A program made the position numbers and the translations under genes. From NCBI GenBank assembly GCA_028279805.1, contig JANQMZ010000007.1, positions 60,001-92,000 on the forward strand: a stretch of DNA of 32,000 nt, written 5' to 3'. The notes under the pieces are model-generated. The model was not told where the DNA came from. It was given only the letters and a program-made list of their open reading frames with translations, and made no database searches. Below are positions 1 to 8,571 of this stretch, piece by piece; position 1 is the stretch's first letter, and the number at the start of each line of letters is the position of its first letter. This DNA is from an archaeon (GTDB taxonomy: Archaea; Iainarchaeota; Iainarchaeia; Iainarchaeales; JANQMZ01).

Positions 1-146
1 TTTCAAAAAGTGCCAAATCTTCTGTTTTAAAATTTTCAATAAACTCTTATGCCCGGAATCTTTCAAAAATTTACAATAATTTGGTACAATTCTCAGATAA
101 ATAGCTTTAAATTGCTTTAATAGCATAATTCTTTAACATTTGTTAT

Positions 147-1124
147 ATGCGTGATTTTATGTCTAAAAATATTCTTATAACAGGAATAAACGGTTTTGTC
201 GGTTCTCATTTGGCTGAATATGTTTTGAATAATAAGCTTGGAAATGTTATAGGCTTAAACAGGGATTTTAACACTTCTATTGAAAATATTGCCCAGATTA
301 AAAATAAGATTGAATTGGTTGAATGTGATATTACTGATTCTCATCGTGTTGAATCTGTTGTTAAGGAAACAAAACCTGAACTTGTTTTTCATCTGGCTGC
401 GCAGTCTTTTGTTCCGGCTTCATGGAACTCTCCTGTTGAAACAATGAATACAAATGTTTTAGGCTCTGTTAATCTTTTTGAAGCTGTAAGAAAATTTTCA
501 CCTGAATCTGTTTTGCAGATTGCATGCAGCAGTGAAGAATACGGTTTTGTTAAGGAAACTGAATTACCCATAACTGAAGAACAACCTTTAAGGCCTTTAA
601 GCCCTTATGGTGTCAGCAAAGTTTCAATGGATTTGCTTGGCTATCAGTATTTCAAAAGTTATGGTTTAAAGGTTGTGAGAACAAGAGCGTTTAATCACAC
701 AGGCCCGAGGCGTGGTGAAGTTTTTGTTGTAAGTGACTGGTCTAAACAAATTGCTGAAATTGAAGCTGGTAAAAGAAAACCTTTAATAAAAGTGGGAAAC
801 CTGGAAACAAAAAGAGATTTTTTGGATGTTAGGGATGTTGTTGAAGCTTATTACCTTGCAACACAAAAATGTGATGCCGGGGAAGCTTACAATATTTGTT
901 CCGGTACAGCGTATCCTATGAAAGAATTGCTTAACATGCTTTTGGATTTATCTTCAGCTGACATTAAAACTGAAAAAGACCCTGCAAAAATGAGGCCATC
1001 CGATGTTCAGGTTTTGGTTGGAGATTCAGCAAAGTTCAGGGAAAAAACAGGCTGGAAACCAAAAATTGATTTCAAGCAAACTTTGAAAGACACTCTTGAA
1101 TACTGGCGTAACAGAGTCAAATAA
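147..1124 (+). CDS. Extended SDR sugar-nucleotide enzyme, GDP-mannose 4,6-dehydratase / GDP-4-keto-6-deoxy-D-mannose reductase (Rmd)-like
   Basis: 325-aa ORF. Rossmann motif ILITGINGFVGSHL, catalytic YGVSK (YxxxK) and FNHTGPRRG. The block QIAEIEAGKRKPLIKVGNLETKRDFLDVRDVVEAY is typical of the Gmd/Rmd subfamily. TATA-like TTTAATAG at 116-123 lies about 30 nt upstream of the ATG. An alternative start is the ATG at 159. Confidence 0.8.
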   Translation: MRDFMSKNILITGINGFVGSHLAEYVLNNKLGNVIGLNRDFNTSIENIAQIKNKIELVECDITDSHRVESVVKETKPELVFHLAAQSFVPASWNSPVETMNTNVLGSVNLFEAVRKFSPESVLQIACSSEEYGFVKETELPITEEQPLRPLSPYGVSKVSMDLLGYQYFKSYGLKVVRTRAFNHTGPRRGEVFVVSDWSKQIAEIEAGKRKPLIKVGNLETKRDFLDVRDVVEAYYLATQKCDAGEAYNICSGTAYPMKELLNMLLDLSSADIKTEKDPAKMRPSDVQVLVGDSAKFREKTGWKPKIDFKQTLKDTLEYWRNRVK

Positions 1125-1147
1125 GTTTTTGAAAAGTTGTTTTTGAA

Positions 1148-2311
1148 ATGAAAATTTTTTATTCTGCGTTGGATTTGTCAATTCCCGGCACTCATGGCGG
1201 TTCTTCTCATGCACTGGAAACAATTAACTCTCTTAAAAAACTTGGCCATGAAGTAATTGTTTTTTGCTCTAATTCAGGAAAACAGCCTTTTTTTGAGCAA
1301 AAAGAAAAAATCACTTTTTACCGTTTTCCTGTTCCCAATTCCGGTTTTTTTAAAATTTTTTTCATGGTTTTTTTGTCAACTGTTTTTGTCAAATATTGCT
1401 TGTTTTTTAAAAAAATTGATGTTATCTGGGAGCGTGCCAGAATTTTTGGAGGCATTGGAGTTTTTTTTGGAAATCTTTTCGGAAAAAAAACCATTTTGGA
1501 ATTAAATGAACCTGTAATTGCAGGTGCGCGAATCTCAAAAAAATTTAAACCAAATTCTTTTTTGTTTAAATCGTTAAAAAACTGGTTTCATTTTACCGCC
1601 AAAAAGGCTAACATTATCACAGTAACCCATTTGTCTCTGGCTAAAAATCTTTCGAAAGAAAAAGTTAAGCTAATAGGTTATGGTGCAAACCCTGAAACTT
1701 TTTCACCGGCTTTAAGATATTCAAATATCAGAAAAAAACTTAATTTGCATAAAGGGCAGACTGTTTTGTATTCAGGTTCTTTCAGGGAATGGCATGCTCT
1801 TAAAAAAATTGTTTTGTCTGCTGAAAAAATTGTTAAAGTTTTTCCGAAAGCAAAATTTTTGTTAATTGGTTCTGGTCCTGAATTTTTAAAAACAAGGCAA
1901 CTGGTTTTTGACAAAAATCTTCAGAACAATGTGTTATTTTTGGGCAAAATTCCGTATAAAAAAATGCCGCAATTTGTTAATGCATCCGATATTTGCCTTG
2001 CTTTGTTTGACCCTGAATATGCTTTGTTTAAAAAGTTTGATTATTTTTATTCTCCTATAAAAGTTCATGAATACAAGGCTTGCGGAAAACCGGTCATTGC
2101 AACCCAGATGGGCAATTTGACAAAATTGGTTCAAAACAATGTTAACGGTTTTACGGTTAAAAACAATAATCCGGATAAAATCGCTCAAAAAATTTCTTTT
2201 TTAATTAAAAATGTTTCCTCTGCAAAAAAAATAGGTAAGTTTAACAGAAAAGAAATTCTGGAAAAAGACAACTGGTTAAATGTTACAAAAGGCATTTTAA
2301 ACAGCTTTTAA
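1148..2311 (+). CDS. GT4-family (GT-B fold) glycosyltransferase
   Basis: 387-aa ORF. The N-terminus (MKIFYSALDLSIPGTHGGSSHALE) is typical of GT4 enzymes. The C-terminal half has the E-x7-E-like region HEYKACGKPVIATQMGNLTKLVQNNVNGF. Confidence 0.8.
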   Translation: MKIFYSALDLSIPGTHGGSSHALETINSLKKLGHEVIVFCSNSGKQPFFEQKEKITFYRFPVPNSGFFKIFFMVFLSTVFVKYCLFFKKIDVIWERARIFGGIGVFFGNLFGKKTILELNEPVIAGARISKKFKPNSFLFKSLKNWFHFTAKKANIITVTHLSLAKNLSKEKVKLIGYGANPETFSPALRYSNIRKKLNLHKGQTVLYSGSFREWHALKKIVLSAEKIVKVFPKAKFLLIGSGPEFLKTRQLVFDKNLQNNVLFLGKIPYKKMPQFVNASDICLALFDPEYALFKKFDYFYSPIKVHEYKACGKPVIATQMGNLTKLVQNNVNGFTVKNNNPDKIAQKISFLIKNVSSAKKIGKFNRKEILEKDNWLNVTKGILNSF

Positions 2312-2316
2312 ATGCT

Positions 2317-3189
2317 TTATTTTTTTTCTGCGTAAATTTTCATGGCTGTTGCTTTTCCTGTTAAGGCCAAAAGCAGGCTTATTGGATAAATAAAAGGCAT
2401 TGTTATTATGTAAAGCCATTTGTGTTTGTCTAAATCTGTGAAATTTCTTAAAAAAAACCATGGTGTTGAATCAAATCTTATTTTTTTAATTTTAAACCCT
2501 GCTTTGTTTAATGTTTTGCTTATTGTTTTTTTGTTAAAGTGCGTTAAATGAACAGGCGGCTGTAAAGCATACCATTTTTTTTTAAAAAGTTTAAATTCAA
2601 AAGAATCAATGTTTGGCACTTCAATCCAGATCATGCCTCCCGGTTTTAAAATTTTGTGAATTTCTTTTAATTCTTTGAAAGGATGATGCATGTGTTCAAG
2701 TGTGTGAATTATTGCCACCACATCAAAAGAGTTTTTTTTAAATTTGCATTCCAGTAAATCTTTTGTGAAAATTTTTATTCCCAGTTTTTTTGAAATTTTT
2801 TCAGCTGCTTTTTTGTTTATTTCAATTCCTGTCACATTCCAGCCTATTTTTTCTGCATTTTCAAGCAAATATCCCTGGCCTGCACCTATTTCCAAAAATT
2901 TTCCGTTTTTTTTGAAAGGAATTCTTAAATTTAGCTGAAGTTTTAAAAAAATGTCAACAAGTATCCTGTAAAATGTTTTTTTTTGTTCAATTTTGTGTTT
3001 TTCATAAGTTTTTGGATAATATTTTCCTATTTCTTTTTCACTCGGGCGCGGATTTAAATAAACCAATTCACAGTTTTGGCATTTGTTGTATGAAAAATTT
3101 CCTTTATTTCCGTATAAAATATCTTTTGCGGTAATAAAATGTTTTTTTTCCTTTGAACTGCAAAAAGGGCATTTGTTCACTGTTTCCAT
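2317..3189 (-). CDS. Class I SAM-dependent methyltransferase with N-terminal CxxC...CxxC zinc ribbon
   Basis: 290-aa ORF. CPFCSS ... CQNCELVYLNP form the zinc ribbon. SAM motif I is FLEIGAGQGYL, and DVVAIIHTLEHM is the post-II/III region. Confidence 0.8.
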   Translation of the reverse strand: METVNKCPFCSSKEKKHFITAKDILYGNKGNFSYNKCQNCELVYLNPRPSEKEIGKYYPKTYEKHKIEQKKTFYRILVDIFLKLQLNLRIPFKKNGKFLEIGAGQGYLLENAEKIGWNVTGIEINKKAAEKISKKLGIKIFTKDLLECKFKKNSFDVVAIIHTLEHMHHPFKELKEIHKILKPGGMIWIEVPNIDSFEFKLFKKKWYALQPPVHLTHFNKKTISKTLNKAGFKIKKIRFDSTPWFFLRNFTDLDKHKWLYIITMPFIYPISLLLALTGKATAMKIYAEKK

Positions 3190-3209
3190 TCTAAAAAGAG
3201 AAAGTAATC

Positions 3210-3218
3210 AAATTTAAA
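3210..3218. promoter_or_regulatory. Palindromic TATA-like element AAATTTAAA, candidate shared bidirectional promoter core
   Basis: Centre at 3214. It lies 25 nt from the minus-strand ATG (3189) and 27 nt from the plus-strand ATG (3241). Neither ATG has a Shine-Dalgarno sequence, which fits leaderless archaeal-type transcripts. Confidence 0.4.
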
Positions 3219-3240
3219 CAGTTCGTGTTTAGGGTTATAC

Positions 3241-3906
3241 ATGAAAAAATCAATTATTATTCCTTCATTTAATGAGGAAAAAGGTTTGCCTGATGTTGTT
3301 AAACGGTGTAAAAAAGTTTTAAACAGGGGTGATGAAATCATTGTTGTTGATGATGGTTCTCAGGACAAAACGTTTGAAACAGCTAAAAAGCTTGGCGTGC
3401 GTGTTTTAAAACATTCAAAAAATTTGGGAAAAACATCTGCTCTTAAAACAGGTTTTAATGCTGCTAAAAATGATGTTATTGTTACGATTGACGGTGATGC
3501 AACTTATCCTCCTGAAAAAATTCCTGACCTGGTTAAAGAATTGGAAAATGCTGATTTGGTTGTCGGAACCCGTTTTAGAAAAATGTGGCCAAAAGATTTG
3601 TCTTGGATTCGTGTTGCTGCAAACAAGCTTGGAGCTTTGTTTGCAAGTGTTTTGTTTCAGAGAAAAATTACGGATGTTACAACTGGAATGCGTGCTTTTA
3701 GAAAAAATGTTTTAAAAAAAATTCCAGAAATTAGGGCAAAAGGGCTTGATTTTGAAGCTGAATTAACTTCGAGAGCAATAACAAGCGGTTTGGAATACAG
3801 GGAGGTTCGTGTTATTCCGGAGTTAAGGGAAGGACAATCAAATTTGCAGTTTTTCAGTCACATGTGGCTTTTTTTTAAAGCAATTATCAGGGGAAAATTT
3901 TTCTGA
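3241..3906 (+). CDS. GT2-family glycosyltransferase (dolichyl/polyprenyl-phosphate sugar synthase-like)
   Basis: 221-aa ORF. IIIPSFNEEKGL, VVDDGSQDKT and TIDGDATYPP (the DxD) match the GT-A DPM1-like arrangement. Confidence 0.85.
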   Translation: MKKSIIIPSFNEEKGLPDVVKRCKKVLNRGDEIIVVDDGSQDKTFETAKKLGVRVLKHSKNLGKTSALKTGFNAAKNDVIVTIDGDATYPPEKIPDLVKELENADLVVGTRFRKMWPKDLSWIRVAANKLGALFASVLFQRKITDVTTGMRAFRKNVLKKIPEIRAKGLDFEAELTSRAITSGLEYREVRVIPELREGQSNLQFFSHMWLFFKAIIRGKFF

Positions 3907-3909
3907 TTA

Positions 3910-3929
3910 TTTTCTTTTTTTTTGCTTTT
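3910..3929 (+). terminator. Oligo-T tract downstream of the GT2 gene (candidate T-tract terminator)
   Basis: TTTTCTTTTTTTTTGCTTTT starts 4 nt after the TGA stop. No stable hairpin is evident in the 71-nt convergent spacer. Confidence 0.3.
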
Positions 3930-3977
3930 GAAATATTACTAACATAAATAAAAATTTCTATCAGTGAAAACAATTTT

Positions 3978-5174
3978 TTAAGCATTTAAAGTTTCCTTGT
4001 AAGCCTGTTCAAATTTTTGGGTTAAAAAATTCCATGAATAATTTTGCTGAACGTGTTTTAAACCCTGTTTTACTATTTTTTGTTCAAGTTTTTGGTTTTT
4101 TAACATTTTAATACTTTTAACAATGCTTTCATCTGAATTTGGTTCAAATAATAATCCTGTTTTTTTATGTTTTACAACTTCAGGAATTCCCCCTGTTTTT
4201 GATGCCAGCAACGGTTTTTTCATTGCCAGTGTTTCAAGCATTAAATGAGGGAATGGGTCGTATAATGAGGGCATTATAACCATTGAACTTTTCGAAATTA
4301 TTTCAGGCATTTTGCTTCTTTTCACTTTTCCTAACAATTCCACATTTTTTTCCAGCCCAAAAACTGCAATTTGTTTCACAATTTTTTCTTTTTCAGGCCC
4401 GGTGCCAATAATCTTTAACCTTAATTCCGGATTTTCTTTCACTAACTCCTTCATTGCTTTAATTAAATGGCTTATTCCTTTCCATTTAACAAGCCTTCCT
4501 GAAAATAAAATATATTTTTTTGTCTGTGAAAACTTTTTGTAATTAAAGAGTTGCAAATCAACAGCGTTCCTTAAAACAATTGTTTTTATTTTTTTAATTC
4601 TTTTTTTTAGTAACTGGTTTTGCTGGAATTCACTTGGGCATGCAATTTTTGTTGAATGTTTTTCAAGCCAGTTTTGTATTTTGTCAAAAAATTTTATTTT
4701 TAAAGGCATTTTTTTATTTGCAGAATATTTGTTTTTTATTTTTTCATAAGGCATTTTACCATAGTTCATTAAATATTCTAATGATAAGTCACCTGTGTAT
4801 TTTGACAAAATCGGAATGTTTGAAAATGCTATTTTTTTTCCGAGTATTGATGCAAGAGCACTTAAATTTAAATCATGTGCATGTATTAAATCCGGTTTAA
4901 ATTTTTTTATTCTTTGAGCTACAAGCAAGGACATTGATAATGCTGACAAAATATTTGAAAAAGTTGAACTTTTTTCAGCATTCTGGGAGGGCTGCCATGC
5001 TCTGAAAACAGCAAAACCTTGTTCTTTTGTTTTCTTTTTAAAACCGGGAAATTTTACTGTTACAATTTGAACCTGATGCCCTTTTTCTGAAAGTTTTTTG
5101 CTTAATTCAGGCACGCTTGACGCGGGACCCCCTATTTTTGGAGGATAATTTGCTGAAACCATTAATATTTTCAT
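3978..5174 (-). CDS. GT4-family glycosyltransferase
   Basis: 398-aa ORF. MKILMVSANYPPKIGGPASSV at the N-terminus. The C-terminal E-x7-E-like region is PHLMLETLAMKKPLLASKTGGIPEVVKHKKTGLLFEP. GGTG lies 5 nt upstream of the ATG. Confidence 0.85.
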   Translation of the reverse strand: MKILMVSANYPPKIGGPASSVPELSKKLSEKGHQVQIVTVKFPGFKKKTKEQGFAVFRAWQPSQNAEKSSTFSNILSALSMSLLVAQRIKKFKPDLIHAHDLNLSALASILGKKIAFSNIPILSKYTGDLSLEYLMNYGKMPYEKIKNKYSANKKMPLKIKFFDKIQNWLEKHSTKIACPSEFQQNQLLKKRIKKIKTIVLRNAVDLQLFNYKKFSQTKKYILFSGRLVKWKGISHLIKAMKELVKENPELRLKIIGTGPEKEKIVKQIAVFGLEKNVELLGKVKRSKMPEIISKSSMVIMPSLYDPFPHLMLETLAMKKPLLASKTGGIPEVVKHKKTGLLFEPNSDESIVKSIKMLKNQKLEQKIVKQGLKHVQQNYSWNFLTQKFEQAYKETLNA

Positions 5175-5211
5175 TTTTGCACCAAAACAGCTATACTTTT
5201 CTAAAATCAGA

Positions 5212-5220
5212 TTTTAAATA
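5212..5220. promoter_or_regulatory. TATA-like TTTTAAATA in a divergent spacer, candidate bidirectional promoter core
   Basis: Centre at about 5216. It is 42 nt from the minus ATG (5174) and 44 nt from the plus ATG (5260). Both genes carry the same leader, TTTTGGTGC + 4 nt + ATG, in mirror orientation. Confidence 0.35.
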
Positions 5221-5259
5221 GTTGTGCAATTAAGTTATTTTTAGTTTTTTGGTGCTTTT

Positions 5260-6354
5260 ATGAAAAAGATAGCGGTTGTTTTTGGCACAAGGCCTGAAAT
5301 AATAAAATTAAGCCAGTTGATTCATCTTTTCCATAAAAACAGGAAAACAAAGCTTTTTTTGGTTCACACTGACCAGCATTATTCTTCTTCAATGAGTGAT
5401 ATTTTTTTAAAAGAATTAAAACTTCCAAAAACAACTCACAGCTTAAAAGTTGGTTCTTCAGAACAGGCTTCACAGGTTGGAAAAATTTTAACACGTTTTG
5501 AAAAATTTTTGTTAAACAAAAAACCGGACATGGTTATTGCTGCCGGTGACACCAATTCAGGCCTTGCTGCAGCTATTGCTTCAAAAAAACTTGGTTTTAA
5601 GTTTGCACATGTTGAATCCGGTTACAGGTCTTTTGACAGAAACATGCAGGAAGAAATGAACAGAATTTTAATGGACCAAATTTCAGATTATTGTTTTGCT
5701 CCTTCAAAAGAAGCTGTTAAAAATCTTAAAAAAAGTGAAGCTTTAAAAAAATCTGTTTTTTTAACAGGCAACACTGTTGTTGATGCGACAAAACGTTCTA
5801 TCAAACTCTCAAAAAATTCCAAAATTTTAAAAAAATTTGCTTTAAATAAAAACAATTTTTCTCTTGTAACTTTGCACAGGCATGAAAACACGGATAACAA
5901 AAAAAGACTTTCCAGTATTGTTTCAGCTTTAACCAAACTTGAGGATAAAATTGTTTACCCTGTTCATCCCCGTGCAAAAAAAATGCTTAAAAAATTTGGT
6001 TTGTGGAAAAAACTTTCAAATGCTGAAAACATTAAACTTGTCAACCCTGTTGGTTATCTGGATTTTTTAAAACTCTGCATTAATTCTAAAATAATTTTAA
6101 CAGATTCCGGGGGAATTCAGCAGGAAGTAACTGTTTATAAAAAACCTGTTCTTGTTCTGCGTGAAAATACTGAAATGCCTGAAATAATCGGCGTTTATGG
6201 TTTTCTTTCAGGCTGGAAAGAAAAAAACATTGTCCGTGATTATAAAAAAGTTTTGAAAAATTATTCAAAAATTTTGAAAAAAATAAAAAAATTAAAATCT
6301 CCTTATGGTGACGGAAAAGCAAGCCAAAAAATTATGAAAATTATTCTTTCATAA
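5260..6354 (+). CDS. wecB: UDP-N-acetylglucosamine 2-epimerase (non-hydrolysing, WecB/WbpI-like)
   Basis: 364-aa ORF. The family blocks VVFGTRPEIIKL, HVESGYRSFDRNMQEEMNR and DSGGIQQE are all present. Confidence 0.9.
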   Translation: MKKIAVVFGTRPEIIKLSQLIHLFHKNRKTKLFLVHTDQHYSSSMSDIFLKELKLPKTTHSLKVGSSEQASQVGKILTRFEKFLLNKKPDMVIAAGDTNSGLAAAIASKKLGFKFAHVESGYRSFDRNMQEEMNRILMDQISDYCFAPSKEAVKNLKKSEALKKSVFLTGNTVVDATKRSIKLSKNSKILKKFALNKNNFSLVTLHRHENTDNKKRLSSIVSALTKLEDKIVYPVHPRAKKMLKKFGLWKKLSNAENIKLVNPVGYLDFLKLCINSKIILTDSGGIQQEVTVYKKPVLVLRENTEMPEIIGVYGFLSGWKEKNIVRDYKKVLKNYSKILKKIKKLKSPYGDGKASQKIMKIILS

Positions 6355-7503
6355 TAACAGTTTTTGATAAAAAGCTTCAAGTTTTTTTGAAAGAAAAACC
6401 CAGTTAAACTCTGTTTTAACCGCTTTTTTCCCATTTTTTCCCATTTTTTCCCTTAATTTTTTGTTTAATAAAAGTTTTTTTACTGCCTGTGCATATTTTT
6501 CAGGTGCTGGCTGTGAAGCAATTCCTGTTTTATATTTTTGAAAAAATTTTTTCAATTCTTTTGTATCTGAACCAATGATTGGTTTTTCCATTGCCATGTA
6601 TTCAAAAACTTTTAAAGGCAACGCAATGTCTCCGGCGTCTCCTTTGGGAAGCATTACAAGGCAGACATCCGCTCCTTTGATATATTTTGGCACTTCTTTA
6701 TATGGAACAAATCCCAAAAATTTTACATTTTTTTCAAGTTTTTCTTTTTTTGTCATTTGTTTTATTTCTGCAAGTTTTGGCCCTTTTCCCAAAAAATAAA
6801 ATTTTACATTTGGCAAACTTTTTGCAACAATTTTTGCGCTTTCCAATATAAAGTCACCTTTTGCCCATCCTTCCAGATATCCTACATGTAAAACCGCGGG
6901 CTTTTCAAGTTTTTTTTGTTTTGTTTTTGTGTTAAAAATTTTTAAGTTTGCAGCATTGGGAACGGCAAAAGTTGTCTGCTTTGGTGCAATTTTTTTAACA
7001 ACTTGTCCCTGGTATTCTGATACAACTATAACTGCATCTGTTTTTTGCATGTTTTGTTTTACTACAAATTTTACAAGCTTTTCTCTTATTGAATTTTTCG
7101 GAGCCAGTCCGGAAATGGTAAACTCTTCAAGTGTTAATCCGTCCATTCCGTATAAAATTTTTCTTTTTCCGATAAAAGGTTTTGACAGTAAAGCTGAAAA
7201 TGTTCCCACATCTGCTTGTCCGTGCACGATGTCTATTTTTTCTTTCCAGCATAATTTTATTGTGTTAAAAAAAAGCCATGGAACCATTAATATTGCAAGC
7301 CATCTTGTAGGTTTTCTGAATTCAGGGACTCTGTAAACTTTTATTCCGTCAATTTTTTCAAAACTTTTTTGTTTTCCTCTTTTGGAGCATAATATTGTTA
7401 TTTCATGTCCCGATTTTTTAAGATTTTTGCAAAACTCCCACATTCTAAGCCCAATGCCTATTTTTGCAGGTATTTCCAGTTGACCGGTCATCAGTATTCT
7501 CAT
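6349..7503 (-). CDS. GT4-family glycosyltransferase
   Basis: 384-aa ORF. The N-terminus is GT-B-like. The C-terminal region LPLKVFEYMAMEKPIIGSDTKELKKF is E-x7-E-like. Its 3' end overlaps the convergent wecB by 6 nt. Confidence 0.8.
   Translation of the reverse strand: MRILMTGQLEIPAKIGIGLRMWEFCKNLKKSGHEITILCSKRGKQKSFEKIDGIKVYRVPEFRKPTRWLAILMVPWLFFNTIKLCWKEKIDIVHGQADVGTFSALLSKPFIGKRKILYGMDGLTLEEFTISGLAPKNSIREKLVKFVVKQNMQKTDAVIVVSEYQGQVVKKIAPKQTTFAVPNAANLKIFNTKTKQKKLEKPAVLHVGYLEGWAKGDFILESAKIVAKSLPNVKFYFLGKGPKLAEIKQMTKKEKLEKNVKFLGFVPYKEVPKYIKGADVCLVMLPKGDAGDIALPLKVFEYMAMEKPIIGSDTKELKKFFQKYKTGIASQPAPEKYAQAVKKLLLNKKLREKMGKNGKKAVKTEFNWVFLSKKLEAFYQKLLL
6424..6452. repeat. Tandem repeat, 2.9 copies of the 10-nt unit TTTTTTCCCA
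   Basis: Read directly: ttttttccca ttttttccca ttttttccc. It lies inside the 3' end of the minus-strand GT4 gene and encodes ...EKMGKNGKK.... Confidence 0.9.
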
Positions 7504-7568
7504 TGTTTTACCCTTTGATTAATTGTTTATAATACATTAAAAACTCTTTTGGTGCAATTTTTTTTGTT

Positions 7569-8528
7569 ATGCATATTAAAAACAAATCAGTTGTTGTTAC
7601 CGGTGGAGCCGGTTTTATTGGCTCTCATCTGGTTGATTCTCTTGTTAGAGAAAAACCTGAAAAAATAACTGTGCTTTCAAATTTTTTTTTAGGCTCTCCG
7701 AATAATTTAAAAAATTCTTTTAATGAAATGCCCGGCCTTGAAATTAAAAAGCTTGATGTTTCGCATGAAACTGATGTTAAAAATTTTTTTAAAAAAAACA
7801 ATGTTGATATTGTTTTTAATCTGGCTGTAATTCCTTTGCTTGTTTCTCTTGAAAATCCTAAATGGTGCATGGAACAAAATATTTCCATAACCACAAATAT
7901 TTGTGAAGCAATGCGTGAAAATTTTTTTGAAAAACTTGTTCATTTTTCTTCATCTGAAGCTTATGGTTCTGCTTTAAATGTTCCGATGTCTGAATCTCAT
8001 CCTTTAAATCCTGAAACTCCTTATGCTGCAAGCAAAGCGGCATCGGATCATATTGCTTTGTCTTATCACAGAACTTTTGATTTGAATATTTCGGTTGTCA
8101 GGCCTTTTAACAATTATGGTCCGAGACAGAATGCCGGAAAGTTTGCCGGAATTATTCCTTTAATGATTAAAAAAATGTTTGAAAACCAGCCTGTTCATAT
8201 TTTTGGGGATGGAACTCAGACAAGAGATTTTATTTATGTAACTGATACTGCCCAGGGTGCAATAAGTGTTTGCAAAAATGAAAAAACAAATGGCCATATT
8301 ATAAATCTTGGCTCGGGAGAGGAAACATCTGTTAATAAACTGGTTTCAATTCTTGCAAAAGAAACCGGTTATAAAAAAACACCTGTTAAAAAGCCAGCCC
8401 GTCCGGGAGATGTGATGAGGCATCTGGCTGATATAAGCCTTGCAAAAAAACTTATTGATTTTAAGCCTGAAACCGGCATTGAACAGGGTTTAAAAAAAAC
8501 TGTTGCGTGGTATAAGAAAAATCTTTGA
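7569..8528 (+). CDS. NAD-dependent epimerase/dehydratase (extended SDR, UDP/dTDP-sugar 4,6-dehydratase or 4-epimerase-like)
   Basis: 319-aa ORF. VVVTGGAGFIGSHLV, YAASKAA (YxxxK), RPFNNYGPRQ and GDGTQTRDFIYVTD are present. Confidence 0.85.
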   Translation: MHIKNKSVVVTGGAGFIGSHLVDSLVREKPEKITVLSNFFLGSPNNLKNSFNEMPGLEIKKLDVSHETDVKNFFKKNNVDIVFNLAVIPLLVSLENPKWCMEQNISITTNICEAMRENFFEKLVHFSSSEAYGSALNVPMSESHPLNPETPYAASKAASDHIALSYHRTFDLNISVVRPFNNYGPRQNAGKFAGIIPLMIKKMFENQPVHIFGDGTQTRDFIYVTDTAQGAISVCKNEKTNGHIINLGSGEETSVNKLVSILAKETGYKKTPVKKPARPGDVMRHLADISLAKKLIDFKPETGIEQGLKKTVAWYKKNL

Positions 8529-8571
8529 ACTTTTAAACAGTTTATTGTTAAATTTTGACAGGGTATTGGTA

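Noticed and set aside
1-146. Possible 3' end of an upstream gene or a promoter in the first 146 nt
   Set aside because: All three plus frames hit stops within about 100 nt, and no recognisable protein motif is present. The region is too short to assign. Only the TATA-like element at 116-123 is noted, under the first CDS.
6929-7336. Long antisense 'shadow' ORFs inside confident genes, e.g. 6929-7336 (135 aa), 23574-23993 (139 aa), 30607-31032 (141 aa), 26183-26554 (123 aa), 14956-15276 and 13063-13377
   Set aside because: All lie fully within, and antisense to or out of frame with, strongly supported CDS. They are Phe/Leu/Ser/Ile-rich mirror images of Lys/Glu/Asn-rich codons and show no motifs or start context.
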